A DNA stretch of 64,000 nt from an uncultured Verrucomicrobiae bacterium (GTDB lineage Bacteria > Verrucomicrobiota > Verrucomicrobiia > Chthoniobacterales > JAATET01). The number at the start of each line of letters is the position of its first letter. The first letter of the stretch is position 1. Below are positions 1-9,724 of this stretch, piece by piece. The translations under genes and the position numbers were made by a program. Under the pieces are notes generated by a model. The model searched no databases, was not told where the DNA came from, and worked only from the letters and a program-made list of their open reading frames with translations. The stretch covers positions 96,001 to 160,000 of the forward strand of contig CAVRCI010000003.1 in the NCBI GenBank assembly GCA_963719495.1, given 5' to 3'.

Positions 1-419
1 AAGTCGAGATCCCGATGGGACCGATGATCGACATGGTCTTTTTGCTGCTGGTGTTCTTCATGGTCACCGCCAAACCGATCAAGCAGGAGAGCGACATCGC
101 GCTGTCGCTGCCGGGCACCGCGTCGCAGGACGCCGCCGTCGAGCTGCCCGACGAGCAGGAACTCGTCATCGACGAGCAGGGCGCGGTCTATCTCAACGAA
201 ATGCGCCTCGCCGAGCCCGCCGACCAGGAGATGCCGAAGCTTTTCGCCACCCTCCTCCGCTTCCGCGAGGCAGCCCGGGCCAACCAATCGAAGGCTCTCG
301 TGACCATCGCCGCCGACGACAAGTCCATCCACCAACGCATCGTCGATGTTCTCAACGTCGCCGCCCGGGCGGGTGTCACCGGCATCACGTTTGCCGATTC
401 CGGAGAAGAGGAGCCATGA
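1..419 (+). CDS. exbD: ExbD/TolR family biopolymer transporter (probably 5'-truncated by the window edge)
   Basis: (EIP)MGPMIDMVFLLLVFFMV TM motif and C-terminal VTIAAD..HQRIVDVLN..AGVTGITF; the frame is open upstream of the ATG at 15. Confidence 0.9.
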   Translation, partial: VEIPMGPMIDMVFLLLVFFMVTAKPIKQESDIALSLPGTASQDAAVELPDEQELVIDEQGAVYLNEMRLAEPADQEMPKLFATLLRFREAARANQSKALVTIAADDKSIHQRIVDVLNVAARAGVTGITFADSGEEEP

Positions 420-1597
420 CGAAAACGAATGATCCGGCTTCCGCTCGCGACCGCGCCGGGCAGCGTCGAAAGCGACTCATCATCGGCATAGTCCTCGCGA
501 CGATTGCCGTGCACCTCCTGTTTGGAGGGGTCGCCGCCATCTGGGTGATCGCCCGCTATTTCGAGAAGCCGAAAGCGCAGTTCACGGTCGAAAAAATCGT
601 TCGCATCGAGCCCGAGCCACGAGACCACCAGATCAGCATGCAGGAGCTCGAGTCCCTGCGCCAGCGCCCCGTCGTCAACAATCGCATCCTCAGCCTCCGT
701 CCGACGGAATTGTCGCTCCCCGACCTGCCCAAGCTCGTCCTCGACCAATCGGTCCCGCTCGACACCGCCGCGCTCGTGAACGCCCAGATCGACTCCGTCT
801 CGTCCTCCGCTTCGGGTCAGGGCTCGTCCGCCGGTGGCGGCTTCTTCGGCTCGGCGGTCAAGCAAGCCGGAGCCTTCGAAGGCTATTTCTACGATCTCAA
901 ATCCCTGGCCAACGGCTCGCCCAGCGAAGTCGAGGAGGAGAAAAATCAAAACAAAGCCTACCTCGAAGTGCTCGCCGACTTCGTGAAATCGAATTGGAGT
1001 TCGAGCAAGTTGGACCGGTATTTCAAAGCCGAGCAACCGCTCTACTCGGTGGCGTTTCTCATGCCGAAGATGGACGCCGCCGAGGCTCCGGAAGCCTTCT
1101 CCGTCGACCGTCCGCCCCGGCGTTGGGCGGCCCTCTACCGGGGTAGCGCGGCGTTTCCCACCTCGGGTCGCTACCGATTCGTCGGGACGGCCGACGACGT
1201 TCTCGTCGTCCGCGCGAAGGGCGAGCTCGTCCTCAACGGGTCCTACCCGAGCTGCCGCCGGGTGGCCGATGACGACTTGACCGTCGAGACCAAGGACGGA
1301 AAAGGCGTGAAATTTTACTTCGGTCCCTGGATCGACGTCTCGGCGGGCGAGGCGGTCCCGATCGAAATTCTTCTCGGAGAGCAACCGGGCGGCGTCTTCT
1401 ATTGTTTTCTCGGGCTCGAAAAGGAAGGCGAAGAATACGCCCAGAGCGGAAACAATCTGCCGCTCATTCCGGCCTTCCAGATCGCCCCGCTGCCCGATGA
1501 CTGGACGCAGGCGCTCGAACCGGATCGCCCGCCGCTCGTGGAGATCAACAAGATCATCCTCGAGCCCAAGAAGGCCTTCTCGCCCTTCGGACGTTGA
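416..1597 (+). CDS. Membrane-anchored periplasmic protein with a PA14-like domain, coupled to exbD
   Basis: ATGA overlap with exbD; N-terminal TM helix; GRYRFVGTADDVLVVR and IEILLGEQPGG resemble PA14. Confidence 0.6.
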   Translation: MTKTNDPASARDRAGQRRKRLIIGIVLATIAVHLLFGGVAAIWVIARYFEKPKAQFTVEKIVRIEPEPRDHQISMQELESLRQRPVVNNRILSLRPTELSLPDLPKLVLDQSVPLDTAALVNAQIDSVSSSASGQGSSAGGGFFGSAVKQAGAFEGYFYDLKSLANGSPSEVEEEKNQNKAYLEVLADFVKSNWSSSKLDRYFKAEQPLYSVAFLMPKMDAAEAPEAFSVDRPPRRWAALYRGSAAFPTSGRYRFVGTADDVLVVRAKGELVLNGSYPSCRRVADDDLTVETKDGKGVKFYFGPWIDVSAGEAVPIEILLGEQPGGVFYCFLGLEKEGEEYAQSGNNLPLIPAFQIAPLPDDWTQALEPDRPPLVEINKIILEPKKAFSPFGR

Positions 1598-1707
1598 TCG
1601 TCGACGACTCCATTTTTGACATTCCCCAGCCAACCACCCACACCTACCTCCCGGCAAAGCCTTCAACCCCTTCTTCGCCCGCCTGGCGGGTGAGTCTGTA
1701 TTCTGCA

Positions 1708-2865
1708 ATGAAAACCCTTCGACTCGCAATCATCGGCCTCGGCAACATGGGCCGCGCACACTGTAAAACCATCCTCGACGGCAAAGTCCCCGGCTGCGAG
1801 CTCGCCGCCGTTTGCGATCTCGATCCCGACGCGTTCGCGGACTATCCAGACATCCCGCATTTCACCTCCACCGACGAACTCATCGCCTCCGGCACCGTCG
1901 ACGCCGTCCTCGTCGCCACCCCCCACTACGACCACACCTCGATCGGGATCGCCGCCCTCGAAGCCGGTCTTCACGTCCTCGTCGAGAAACCGATCTCCGT
2001 CCACAAAGCCGACTGCGAACGCCTCGTCGCCGCGCACCGGGGCGGGAAGAAGCAAATTTTCGCCGCCATGTTCAATCAGCGCACCGACCCCGCCTACCAA
2101 AAGGTCCGGGAACTCGTCCGCAACGGTGAGCTGGGAAAAATCCAACGCGTGAACTGGATCATCACCGATTGGTCCCGCAGCGAAAGCTACTACGCATCCG
2201 GCGGCTGGCGTGCGACCTGGGCCGGCGAAGGCGGCGGAGTGCTCCTCAACCAATGCCCGCACAATCTCGATCTCTACCAATGGATCTTCGGCATGCCGTC
2301 CAAGGTCCGGGGATTCTGCCAATTCGGGCGCTACCACCAGATCGAAGTCGAGGACGACGTCACCGCTTACTTCGAATATCCCGACGGTCACACCGGCGTC
2401 TTCATCACCTCCACCGGCGAGGCTCCCGGCACCAACCGGCTCGAGATCACCGGCGATCAAGGACGGCTCGTCCTCGAAGACGGCAAACTCGCCTACCGCC
2501 GCAACGAGACCGCAACCTCGAAATTCACCCGCACCTCGAAATCCGGCTTCGCCCAGCCGCCGCTCTGGAACGTCGACATTCCGCTCCCCGACCACCGCGG
2601 CGCACAACACCTCGGCATCCTCAAAAATTTCACCAACTCCATTCTTTCGGGCGAGAAACTCATCGCGCCAGCCGCCGAAGGCATCCACTCCGTCGAACTC
2701 GCGAATTCCATCCTCCTGTCCTCGCTCACCGGTGAGACCATCGACGTCCCGCTCGACGGTGCCAGGTTCGCCCAAGCCCTCGAGAAACTCATCGCCACCT
2801 CCAAACCTAAAAAGAAAATCTCCAAGGGCAGAAAGGCCGCCACCGACTTCTCCAAGTCCTTCTAG
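1708..2865 (+). CDS. Gfo/Idh/MocA family oxidoreductase
   Basis: IIGLGNMG Rossmann motif, ATPHYDH, HVLVEKP, GGGVLLNQCPH; start placed at ATG 1708. Confidence 0.93.
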   Translation: MKTLRLAIIGLGNMGRAHCKTILDGKVPGCELAAVCDLDPDAFADYPDIPHFTSTDELIASGTVDAVLVATPHYDHTSIGIAALEAGLHVLVEKPISVHKADCERLVAAHRGGKKQIFAAMFNQRTDPAYQKVRELVRNGELGKIQRVNWIITDWSRSESYYASGGWRATWAGEGGGVLLNQCPHNLDLYQWIFGMPSKVRGFCQFGRYHQIEVEDDVTAYFEYPDGHTGVFITSTGEAPGTNRLEITGDQGRLVLEDGKLAYRRNETATSKFTRTSKSGFAQPPLWNVDIPLPDHRGAQHLGILKNFTNSILSGEKLIAPAAEGIHSVELANSILLSSLTGETIDVPLDGARFAQALEKLIATSKPKKKISKGRKAATDFSKSF

Positions 2866-2867
2866 GA

Positions 2868-3710
2868 ATGCCCCGACGTCCCACCAGATCAAGCACGCTT
2901 CGGCTCGGCATCATCGGTCTCGGGAACATGGGCGCGCACCACGCCCGCACCGTGGCGACCGGCCTCGTGCCGGGCTGCACCCTCGCCGCGGTCGCCGATA
3001 CCAACGAGCGCCGCACCGCGGAATTTCCCGACCTCCCGAGCTTCTCCGACGGGCGGGCGCTCATTCGCTCGGGCCACGCGGATGCGGTCCTCATCGCCAC
3101 GCCCCACTATTCCCACGTCCCCCTCGGCGTCGCCGCGCTTGCCGCGGGTCTTCACGTCCTGATGGAGAAACCCATCGCCGTCGATGTGACCGGAGCCCGC
3201 CGCCTGCTCGCGGCTCACAAGGATCCCGACCAGATCTTCGCCGCCATGTTCAACCAGCGAACCGACCCGCATTACCAGAAGGTTCGCGAGCTCGTTCGTT
3301 CCGGCGAACTCGGCGCGCTGCACCGGATCTCGTGGACGATCACCGACTGGTTTCGCACCCACGCCTACTACGCCTCCAGCCCGTGGCGCGCGACGTGGGC
3401 CGGCGAGGGTGGCGGCGTCCTCATCAACCAGTGCGTGCATAATCTCGACCTCTTCGTCTGGATGTTTGGCCAGCCGGCGAGGGTGCGCAGTCTTTGCCAG
3501 CTCGGTCGTTTTCACGACATCGAGGTCGAGGACAACGTCGCCGCGATCTTCGAATTCGCCGACCGCACGCTCGCGACCTTCAACACGTCGACCGGCGAAG
3601 CCCCCGGAACCAATCGTCTCGAAGTCGCCGCCGAACGCGGACGCCTCGTGCTGGAAGACAACCGCCTCACCCTCGAGCGCAACGAACGGCCCGCCACCGA
3701 ATTTTCCCGC
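2868..3710 (+). pseudogene. Second Gfo/Idh/MocA oxidoreductase paralog lacking its C-terminus (fused in frame to an RND adaptor fragment)
   Basis: Closely similar to the upstream paralog up to ...PATEFSRT, where similarity stops. Confidence 0.8.
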
Positions 3711-3796
3711 ACCACCGTCACCGCCCCCTTCAACGCCATCGTCGACGGCCGCCCGCTCAACGCCGGAGCCCGCGTCACCTCCACCACCCCCCTCGC

Positions 3797-5059
3797 CAGG
3801 GCCGACGCATCAAAAAAGATCGCGATGGAGGAAGTTTGGGCTGGTACTATATTTTCCCGTGCGTAGATGGAGGAGATGCCCGAAACGCATCCCATCCAAA
3901 AAAGCCTGATCGAAGAGTTCAAACGCATAGAAGATCCGCGAGTATCGCGCACTCGCTACCATGAGTTGAGCGACATTCTAGTGATCGCGATCTCGACGCT
4001 TTTGTGCGCGGGCACGTCTTTCTACGACATGGAAGAGTTCGGTCGGGCCAAGGAAAAATGGTTCCGAACGTTTCTGAAGTTGCCCAACGGCATCCCCAGC
4101 CACGACACGTTCAATCGCGTGTTTTCGCTGATCAATCCGGCGAGTTTTCACGAGTGCTTCATGAGGTGGACGCAGAGCGTGCGCGAACACATCGACCGGG
4201 AAATCGTCGCCGTCGACGGCAAAGCCCTCCGCGCAGCCTGCCAGGACGGCGGGAATGTGCGCTTCATCGTCAATGCTTGGGCAACCAGCAATCGACTTGT
4301 CCTGGGGCAGCTCGAAGTGCCCGACAAAACCAACGAAATCACGGCGGTTCCCACGCTGCTGCGAGCGTTGGAACTGCGTGGCTGCATCGTGAGCACCGAC
4401 GCGATGGGGTGCCAGAAAGAGATCGCCCGAGAAATCATCGAGGCCGACGCCGATTACGTTCTCGCTCTCAAAGGCAATCACCAAACCGTCCATGAGGAAG
4501 TCAAAAGCTTCCTCGATGCCGAATTTGATCGCGAGCTCCAGAGCCCTCCAGTGCCCAAACCATCCACGAAGAAACCACCAAGCGCTCCCACTTTCGCATT
4601 CCTGGAAACCGTCGACAAAGGCCACGGGCGCTTGGAAATCCGGCGCTATTTCCAAAGCGTCGCCATCGACTGGTTCGCAGACATCAGCCAATGGGAAGGG
4701 CTGCAGAGCGTCGGAATGGTCGAATCCAGCCGCGAAATCAAAGGTCAAATCAGCGTGGAAAGACGCTACTTCCTGAGCAGCCTGCCCCTCGACGTCGGAC
4801 TTTTCGCTCAAGCCGTCCGTGGACATTGGGGCGTGGAAAACTCCTGCCACTGGGTCTTGGACGTCATCCTGCGCGAAGATGGTTCCCGCGCTCGAACCGC
4901 TCACGCCGCCGAGAATCTCGCCACCCTGCGCCGCCTCGCCCTAAACCTGCTCTCTCGCGAAAAGTCCAAAAAACGCAGCATCAAGACCAAACAACTCGTC
5001 GCAGCCTGGGATCACGACTTCCTCCTGCACCTCCTCAATTTTTAGATGCGTCGGCCCTG
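3797..5059 (+). mobile_element. ISAs1-family insertion sequence, 1263 bp
   Basis: Terminal IRs CAGGGCCGACGCATC (3797-3811) / GATGCGTCGGCCCTG (5045-5059); 10-bp direct repeat CCCCCCTCGC at 3787-3796 and 5060-5069. Confidence 0.96.
3867..5045 (+). CDS. ISAs1-family DDE transposase (intact)
   Basis: DPR, GIPSHDTF, VAVDGKALR, KTNEITA, DAMGCQ, LKGN, KGHGRLE, RGHWGVENSCHWVLDV motifs. Confidence 0.96.
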   Translation: MEEMPETHPIQKSLIEEFKRIEDPRVSRTRYHELSDILVIAISTLLCAGTSFYDMEEFGRAKEKWFRTFLKLPNGIPSHDTFNRVFSLINPASFHECFMRWTQSVREHIDREIVAVDGKALRAACQDGGNVRFIVNAWATSNRLVLGQLEVPDKTNEITAVPTLLRALELRGCIVSTDAMGCQKEIAREIIEADADYVLALKGNHQTVHEEVKSFLDAEFDRELQSPPVPKPSTKKPPSAPTFAFLETVDKGHGRLEIRRYFQSVAIDWFADISQWEGLQSVGMVESSREIKGQISVERRYFLSSLPLDVGLFAQAVRGHWGVENSCHWVLDVILREDGSRARTAHAAENLATLRRLALNLLSREKSKKRSIKTKQLVAAWDHDFLLHLLNF

Positions 5060-5716
5060 CCCCCCTCGCCACCCTCATCGGCACCGACCACTACTGGGTC
5101 GAGGCCACCGTCCCGGTCAGCGATCTCAAATGGATCACCTTCCCCGGCCCCAACGCCGCCGCCGGATCGACGGTCACCATCACCGACGACGCGGCCTGGC
5201 TTCCCAATCAGATCCGCACCGGCACCGTCCTCCGCCTCGCCGCCAGCCTGGAAACCCTCGGCCGCCTCGCCCGGGTCATCATCCAGGTCGAAGACCCACT
5301 CGCCCTCGCCAACCCCGACGAACCCCGCCTCCTCATCGGCTCCTTCGTCCGCGCCGAATTCGAAGGCCGCCAACTCGAAAACGTCGCCACGCTCCCCCGC
5401 AACTTGCTCCACGCCGACGACCAGGTCTGGCTCCTCACCCCCGAAGGCACCCTCGACATCCGCGACGTCGAAGTCGCCCTCCGAGCCCGCGACGACGTCT
5501 ACATTTCCGGAGGCCTGAATTCTGGCGACCGCATCGTCACCACCAACCTCTCCACCCCGGTCCAAGGAATGCCCCTCCGCACCGAGACGGCGCCGGGGAA
5601 GTCTGAACTTGAGAGTGAATAGTCGAGAGTCATGAGCCGACCACGCACCCACTTTCCAAGCGCCGAAGGCGCTACGAATCAGCCCTCGACCCTCGACTCT
5701 CGACCCCATGCGAAGC

Positions 5717-8700
5717 ATGAACACGCATCACGGCATCATCGCCTGGATGGTCGAGAACCGGGTCACCCCGAATCTCCTGATGATCTTCCTCATGGTTGGT
5801 GGGTTCTTCATGACCTCGCAGATCAAGAAAGAGGTCTTCCCCGAATTCTCCGCCGACGTCGTCACCGTCAGCGTCTCCCTCCCCGGCGGCAGCCCCGAAG
5901 AGGTCGAGCAGGGCGTCGTCCTTGTCGCCGAGGAAGCCATTCGCGGCGTCGAAGGGGTGAAAGAAGTCACCGCCACCGCCGGCGAGGGCTCCGGCTCCGT
6001 CCGGGCCGAGATGCTCATCGGCGCCGACCGCACCCAGGTCTATCAGGACATCAAACAAGCCATCGACCGCGTCACGACCTTCCCGGAGGAAGCCGAACGT
6101 CCGAACGTCGCGATCAACGCCCGCCGCAACGACGTCGTCGACCTCGAAATCTTCGGCGACGTCTCCGAGCGCGTCCTTCGCGAAATCGTCGAGCACGTTC
6201 GCGACCAGCTGCTCCAGAGCCCCGGCATCTCCCAGGTCGACATCGACGACTCCCGCGCCCCCGAGCTCGTCGTGGAAATCCCGGAAGCCACCCTGCGCCG
6301 CTACGGCCTCTCGCTCGACGCCGTCGCCCGGCGCATCAACCAGGCCTCGGTCGAATCCGGTGGCGGCCGCATCGAGACGTCCTCCGGCGAGATCCTCCTC
6401 CGCGTCGACGACCGCCGCGAATACGCCCGCGAATACGCCGACACCCCGATCGTCACCACGCCCGAAGGCACCGTCCTCACGCTCGGCCAGATCGGCACCG
6501 TCCGCGAAGGCTTCGCCGACGTGAACCGTTTCGCCCGCTTCGACGGCAAGCCCAGCATGGGCCTCGACGTCTTCCGCATCGGCGACGAAACCCCCATCGG
6601 CGTGTCCGACGCCGTGAAAGCCGTGCTCCCCGGCATCCGCGCCGACCTCCCGCCGGGCGTCGAAATCGCCCTCCGCATCGACGACTCCGACACCTACCGC
6701 CAGCGCCTCTCGCTCCTGCTCAAGAACGCCTTCTTCGGTTTCCTCCTCGTCCTCCTCGTCCTCGGCCTCTTCCTCGAATTCAAGCTCGCCTTCTGGGTCA
6801 CCATGGGGATCCCGATCTCGTTCCTCGGCGGCATGCTCTTCCTCCCGTTCTTCGGCATTTCGATCAACATGATCTCGATGTTCGCCTTCATCGTGGCTCT
6901 CGGTATCGTCGTCGACGACGCCATCGTCGCGGGCGAAAACATCTACGAAGCCCGCGAACGCGGCCTCAGCAACTTCGACGCCGCCGTCATTGGAGCCCGC
7001 GGCGTCTCGCTCCCCATCGCGTTCAGCATCCTCACGAACGTCGTCGCCTTCCTGCCGCTCCTCTTCGTCCCCGGCGTCTTCGGCAAGATCTGGGGCGTCA
7101 TCCCGACCGTCGTCATCACCGTCTTCCTCATCTCGTGGCTGGAATCCGTCCTCATCCTCCCGTCCCACCTCGCCCACACCCGCAGCAAACCCCGCAGCCG
7201 CCTCACCGCCCGCCTCCACGGCTACCAGCAGGCCTTCGCCCGCCAATTCCGCCGCTTCATCGAGACCATCTACGCCCCCTTCCTCGCCCGCACCCTCCAC
7301 CACCGCGGCCTCACGGTCGCCCTCGGCCTCGGCCTCCTCCTCGTCACCCTCGCCTACATCCAAAGCGGTCGCATCGGCATCATCTTCATGCCCCGCGTCG
7401 AAGCCGACCAGGCCACCGTCACCGCCCGCCTCCCGCTCGGCAGCCCGCTCAAAAACGCCGAAGCCGTCGAGCGCCGCCTCATCGAAGCGGGCGACCGCGT
7501 CATCGCGGAAAACGGCGGCGACGCCCTCGGCATCGGCGTCGCCTCGTCCATCAACGAAAACGAAGTCGACGTCCGCATCTACCTCCAGGAGCCCGGCATC
7601 CGCCCGATCTCCACCGGCACCGTCTCCGAACTCTGGCGCGAAGCCACCGGCACCATCGCCGGCGTGGAATCCATCCGCTTCGAATCCGACCGCGGCGGCC
7701 CCGGCTCCGGCGCCGGACTCAGCGTCGAACTCAGCCACCGCGACACCGCCACCCTCGACCGCGCCGCCACCACCCTCGCCGACCGCCTCCTCCAATTCCC
7801 GGCCGTCAAGGACGTCGACAGCGGCTATTCACCCGGTAAACGCCAGTTCGATTTCAAGATCAAGCCCGCCGGCGAAGCCCTCGGCCTCACTTCCCGCGAC
7901 ATCGCCCGCCAGGTCCGCAACTCCTTCTTCGGAGCCGAGGCCCTCCGCCAGCAGCGCGGCCGCAACGAGATCAAGGTCATGGTCCGCCTCCCCAAGGACG
8001 AACGCGCCAGCGAATACGACCTGGATACCCTCCTCGTCTCGACGCCCGCCGGAACTTTCGTTCCGCTCTCCCAGGTCGCCACCGTCGACCGCGGCCACTC
8101 CTATCGCGACATCCAACGCCGCGAAGGCCGCCGCACCACCACCGTCTCCGCCGACGTCGAACCCATCGGCCAGACCAGCACCCTCATCGCCACCCTCGAC
8201 CAAACCGTTCTCCCGCAGCTCGCCCGAGATTTTCCCGGCCTCAGCTACGGCTACGAAGGCCGCCAGGCCGACCAGGCCGACAGCCTCGGCAGCCTCACGA
8301 CCGGCTTCCTCCTCGCCCTCATGCTCATCTACTTCCTGCTGGCGATCCCCTTCCGCAGCTACACCCAGCCGCTCATCGTGATGCTCAGCATTCCCTTCGG
8401 GATCGTCGGCGCCGTCATCGGCCATCTCATCATGGGCTACAACATCAGCATGATCTCCATCATGGGCATCATTGCCCTCGCCGGCGTCGTCGTGAACGAT
8501 TCCCTCGTCCTCGTCGACTACGCCAACCAACGCCGCCGCGAAGGAATGGACCCGTGGCACGCCATCCACGCCGCCGGCGTCCGCCGCTTCCGACCCATCA
8601 TCCTCACCACCCTCACGACGTTTGGCGGCCTCGCCCCCATGATCTTCGAAACCTCCCGCCAGGCCCGCTTCATCATCCCGATGGCGATTTCGCTCGGCTT

Positions 8701-8830
8701 CGGCATCCTCTTCGCGACGGCGATCATCCTCGTCCTCGTCCCCAGCCTCTACCTCCTCGTCGAAGACGTCACCAACCTCTTCCGCGCCCAACCAAGACCC
8801 GTAGAAGAGCCGGAACCTCAGACGCCGTAG
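5717..8830 (+). CDS. RND efflux permease (AcrB/AcrD/AcrF family); start 5717 or 5708
   Basis: ~1040 aa, GIVVDDAIV, GVVVNDSLVLV and RFRPIILTTLTT motifs, two TM bundles. Confidence 0.95.
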   Translation: MNTHHGIIAWMVENRVTPNLLMIFLMVGGFFMTSQIKKEVFPEFSADVVTVSVSLPGGSPEEVEQGVVLVAEEAIRGVEGVKEVTATAGEGSGSVRAEMLIGADRTQVYQDIKQAIDRVTTFPEEAERPNVAINARRNDVVDLEIFGDVSERVLREIVEHVRDQLLQSPGISQVDIDDSRAPELVVEIPEATLRRYGLSLDAVARRINQASVESGGGRIETSSGEILLRVDDRREYAREYADTPIVTTPEGTVLTLGQIGTVREGFADVNRFARFDGKPSMGLDVFRIGDETPIGVSDAVKAVLPGIRADLPPGVEIALRIDDSDTYRQRLSLLLKNAFFGFLLVLLVLGLFLEFKLAFWVTMGIPISFLGGMLFLPFFGISINMISMFAFIVALGIVVDDAIVAGENIYEARERGLSNFDAAVIGARGVSLPIAFSILTNVVAFLPLLFVPGVFGKIWGVIPTVVITVFLISWLESVLILPSHLAHTRSKPRSRLTARLHGYQQAFARQFRRFIETIYAPFLARTLHHRGLTVALGLGLLLVTLAYIQSGRIGIIFMPRVEADQATVTARLPLGSPLKNAEAVERRLIEAGDRVIAENGGDALGIGVASSINENEVDVRIYLQEPGIRPISTGTVSELWREATGTIAGVESIRFESDRGGPGSGAGLSVELSHRDTATLDRAATTLADRLLQFPAVKDVDSGYSPGKRQFDFKIKPAGEALGLTSRDIARQVRNSFFGAEALRQQRGRNEIKVMVRLPKDERASEYDLDTLLVSTPAGTFVPLSQVATVDRGHSYRDIQRREGRRTTTVSADVEPIGQTSTLIATLDQTVLPQLARDFPGLSYGYEGRQADQADSLGSLTTGFLLALMLIYFLLAIPFRSYTQPLIVMLSIPFGIVGAVIGHLIMGYNISMISIMGIIALAGVVVNDSLVLVDYANQRRREGMDPWHAIHAAGVRRFRPIILTTLTTFGGLAPMIFETSRQARFIIPMAISLGFGILFATAIILVLVPSLYLLVEDVTNLFRAQPRPVEEPEPQTP

Positions 8831-8839
8831 GCAAACAAC

Positions 8840-8867
8840 CCGGAGGGCGAGGCTCCCGCCGAGCCGT
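8840..8867 (+). repeat. REP-like element CGGAGGGCGAGGCTCCCGCCGAGCCG
   Basis: Identical copy at 54421-54446 and an inverted near-copy at ~54503-54530. Confidence 0.75.
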
Positions 8868-8937
8868 GACCATCTCCAGAAATCGCCCGGACCGCGAGCA
8901 AGCAACGCTCCCGGAAAATTCCCGCCGACGATACCGA

Positions 8938-8971
8938 TTGACCAAACCAACCAGTTCAATAAACTAGTTTA
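8938..8971 (+). promoter_or_regulatory. Putative sigma70 promoter and palindromic operator of the first TA operon
   Basis: TTGACC (8938) -16 nt- TAAACT (8960); perfect palindrome TAAACTAGTTTA 8960-8971 abutting ATG 8972. Confidence 0.55.
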
Positions 8972-9250
8972 ATGAGCGAATCCACCGACACCGACGCCAG
9001 GATCGCCGAGATGCCGACCGCCGCCGAGTCCATCGGAGCCTTCCAAGCCAAGACCGAGCTCTCCCGCCTCCTCAGGGAAGTCCAATCAGGAAAGAAATTC
9101 GTCATCACACAACGCGGCAAACCCGTCGCCGAACTCAAGCCGTTGGAAATACCCGGGAAAAAAAGCGGTCGCGGCGACATGGCTGGTCAGATTTGGATGT
9201 CCGACGATTTCTGCGATCCAATCGAAGAAATGCGCGAATACATGGAATGA
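8972..9250 (+). CDS. Phd/YefM-type antitoxin (alternative start 9011)
   Basis: IGAFQAKTELSRLLREVQSG..FVITQRGKPVAELKP; C-terminal GQIWMSDDF. Confidence 0.9.
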   Translation: MSESTDTDARIAEMPTAAESIGAFQAKTELSRLLREVQSGKKFVITQRGKPVAELKPLEIPGKKSGRGDMAGQIWMSDDFCDPIEEMREYME

Positions 9251-9636
9251 CTTACCTCCTCGACACCCACACCATCCTCTGGTGGCGGCAGGATGACCGG
9301 CGCTTACCCTCTCGCTGGGACGACGTCCTCAACGATCCGGCCAAACACAATATTTACGTCAGCGTCGCTACCCTCTGGGAAATCGCAATCAAGACCGCCA
9401 TCGGCAAGCTCGAGATCAAAGGAACCATCGAGGAATTCGCCGCCACGCTCGTGCGCGACCACCGGTTCCGCCTCCTCCCCATCGAGGCCACCCACCTCGG
9501 TCGTCTCGCCAAGCTCCCGGTGCACCACCGCGACCCCTTCGACCGCCTGCTCATCGCGCAAACCGCCGAGATAAACGCCACCGCCGTGACGAATGATCCG
9601 TCGTGGCGAAAGTATCGTATCAAGGTCAAATGGTGA
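9247..9636 (+). CDS. vapC: PIN-domain (VapC) toxin
   Basis: YLLDTHTILWW, SVATLWEIAIK, HRDPFDRLLIAQ; ATGA overlap with the antitoxin. Confidence 0.93.
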   Translation: MTYLLDTHTILWWRQDDRRLPSRWDDVLNDPAKHNIYVSVATLWEIAIKTAIGKLEIKGTIEEFAATLVRDHRFRLLPIEATHLGRLAKLPVHHRDPFDRLLIAQTAEINATAVTNDPSWRKYRIKVKW

Positions 9637-9724
9637 AACTCCTCTGGACAAGCCCGTTCGGAAAATTCAATCAAAGCGTCCTTGACCGCCTCAATTCCGG
9701 ATCACCATACCCCGGAATCGCCTC

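Larger units (their letters stand above)
3708..5622 (+). pseudogene. C-terminal half of an RND efflux periplasmic adaptor (MFP), interrupted by the ISAs1 element
   Basis: Removing the IS and one TSD gives in-frame RTTVTAPFNAIV...TPLA|TLIGTDHYWVEATVP...LLIGSFVRAEFEG...GGLNSGDRIV; lies directly upstream of the RND permease. Confidence 0.85.
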
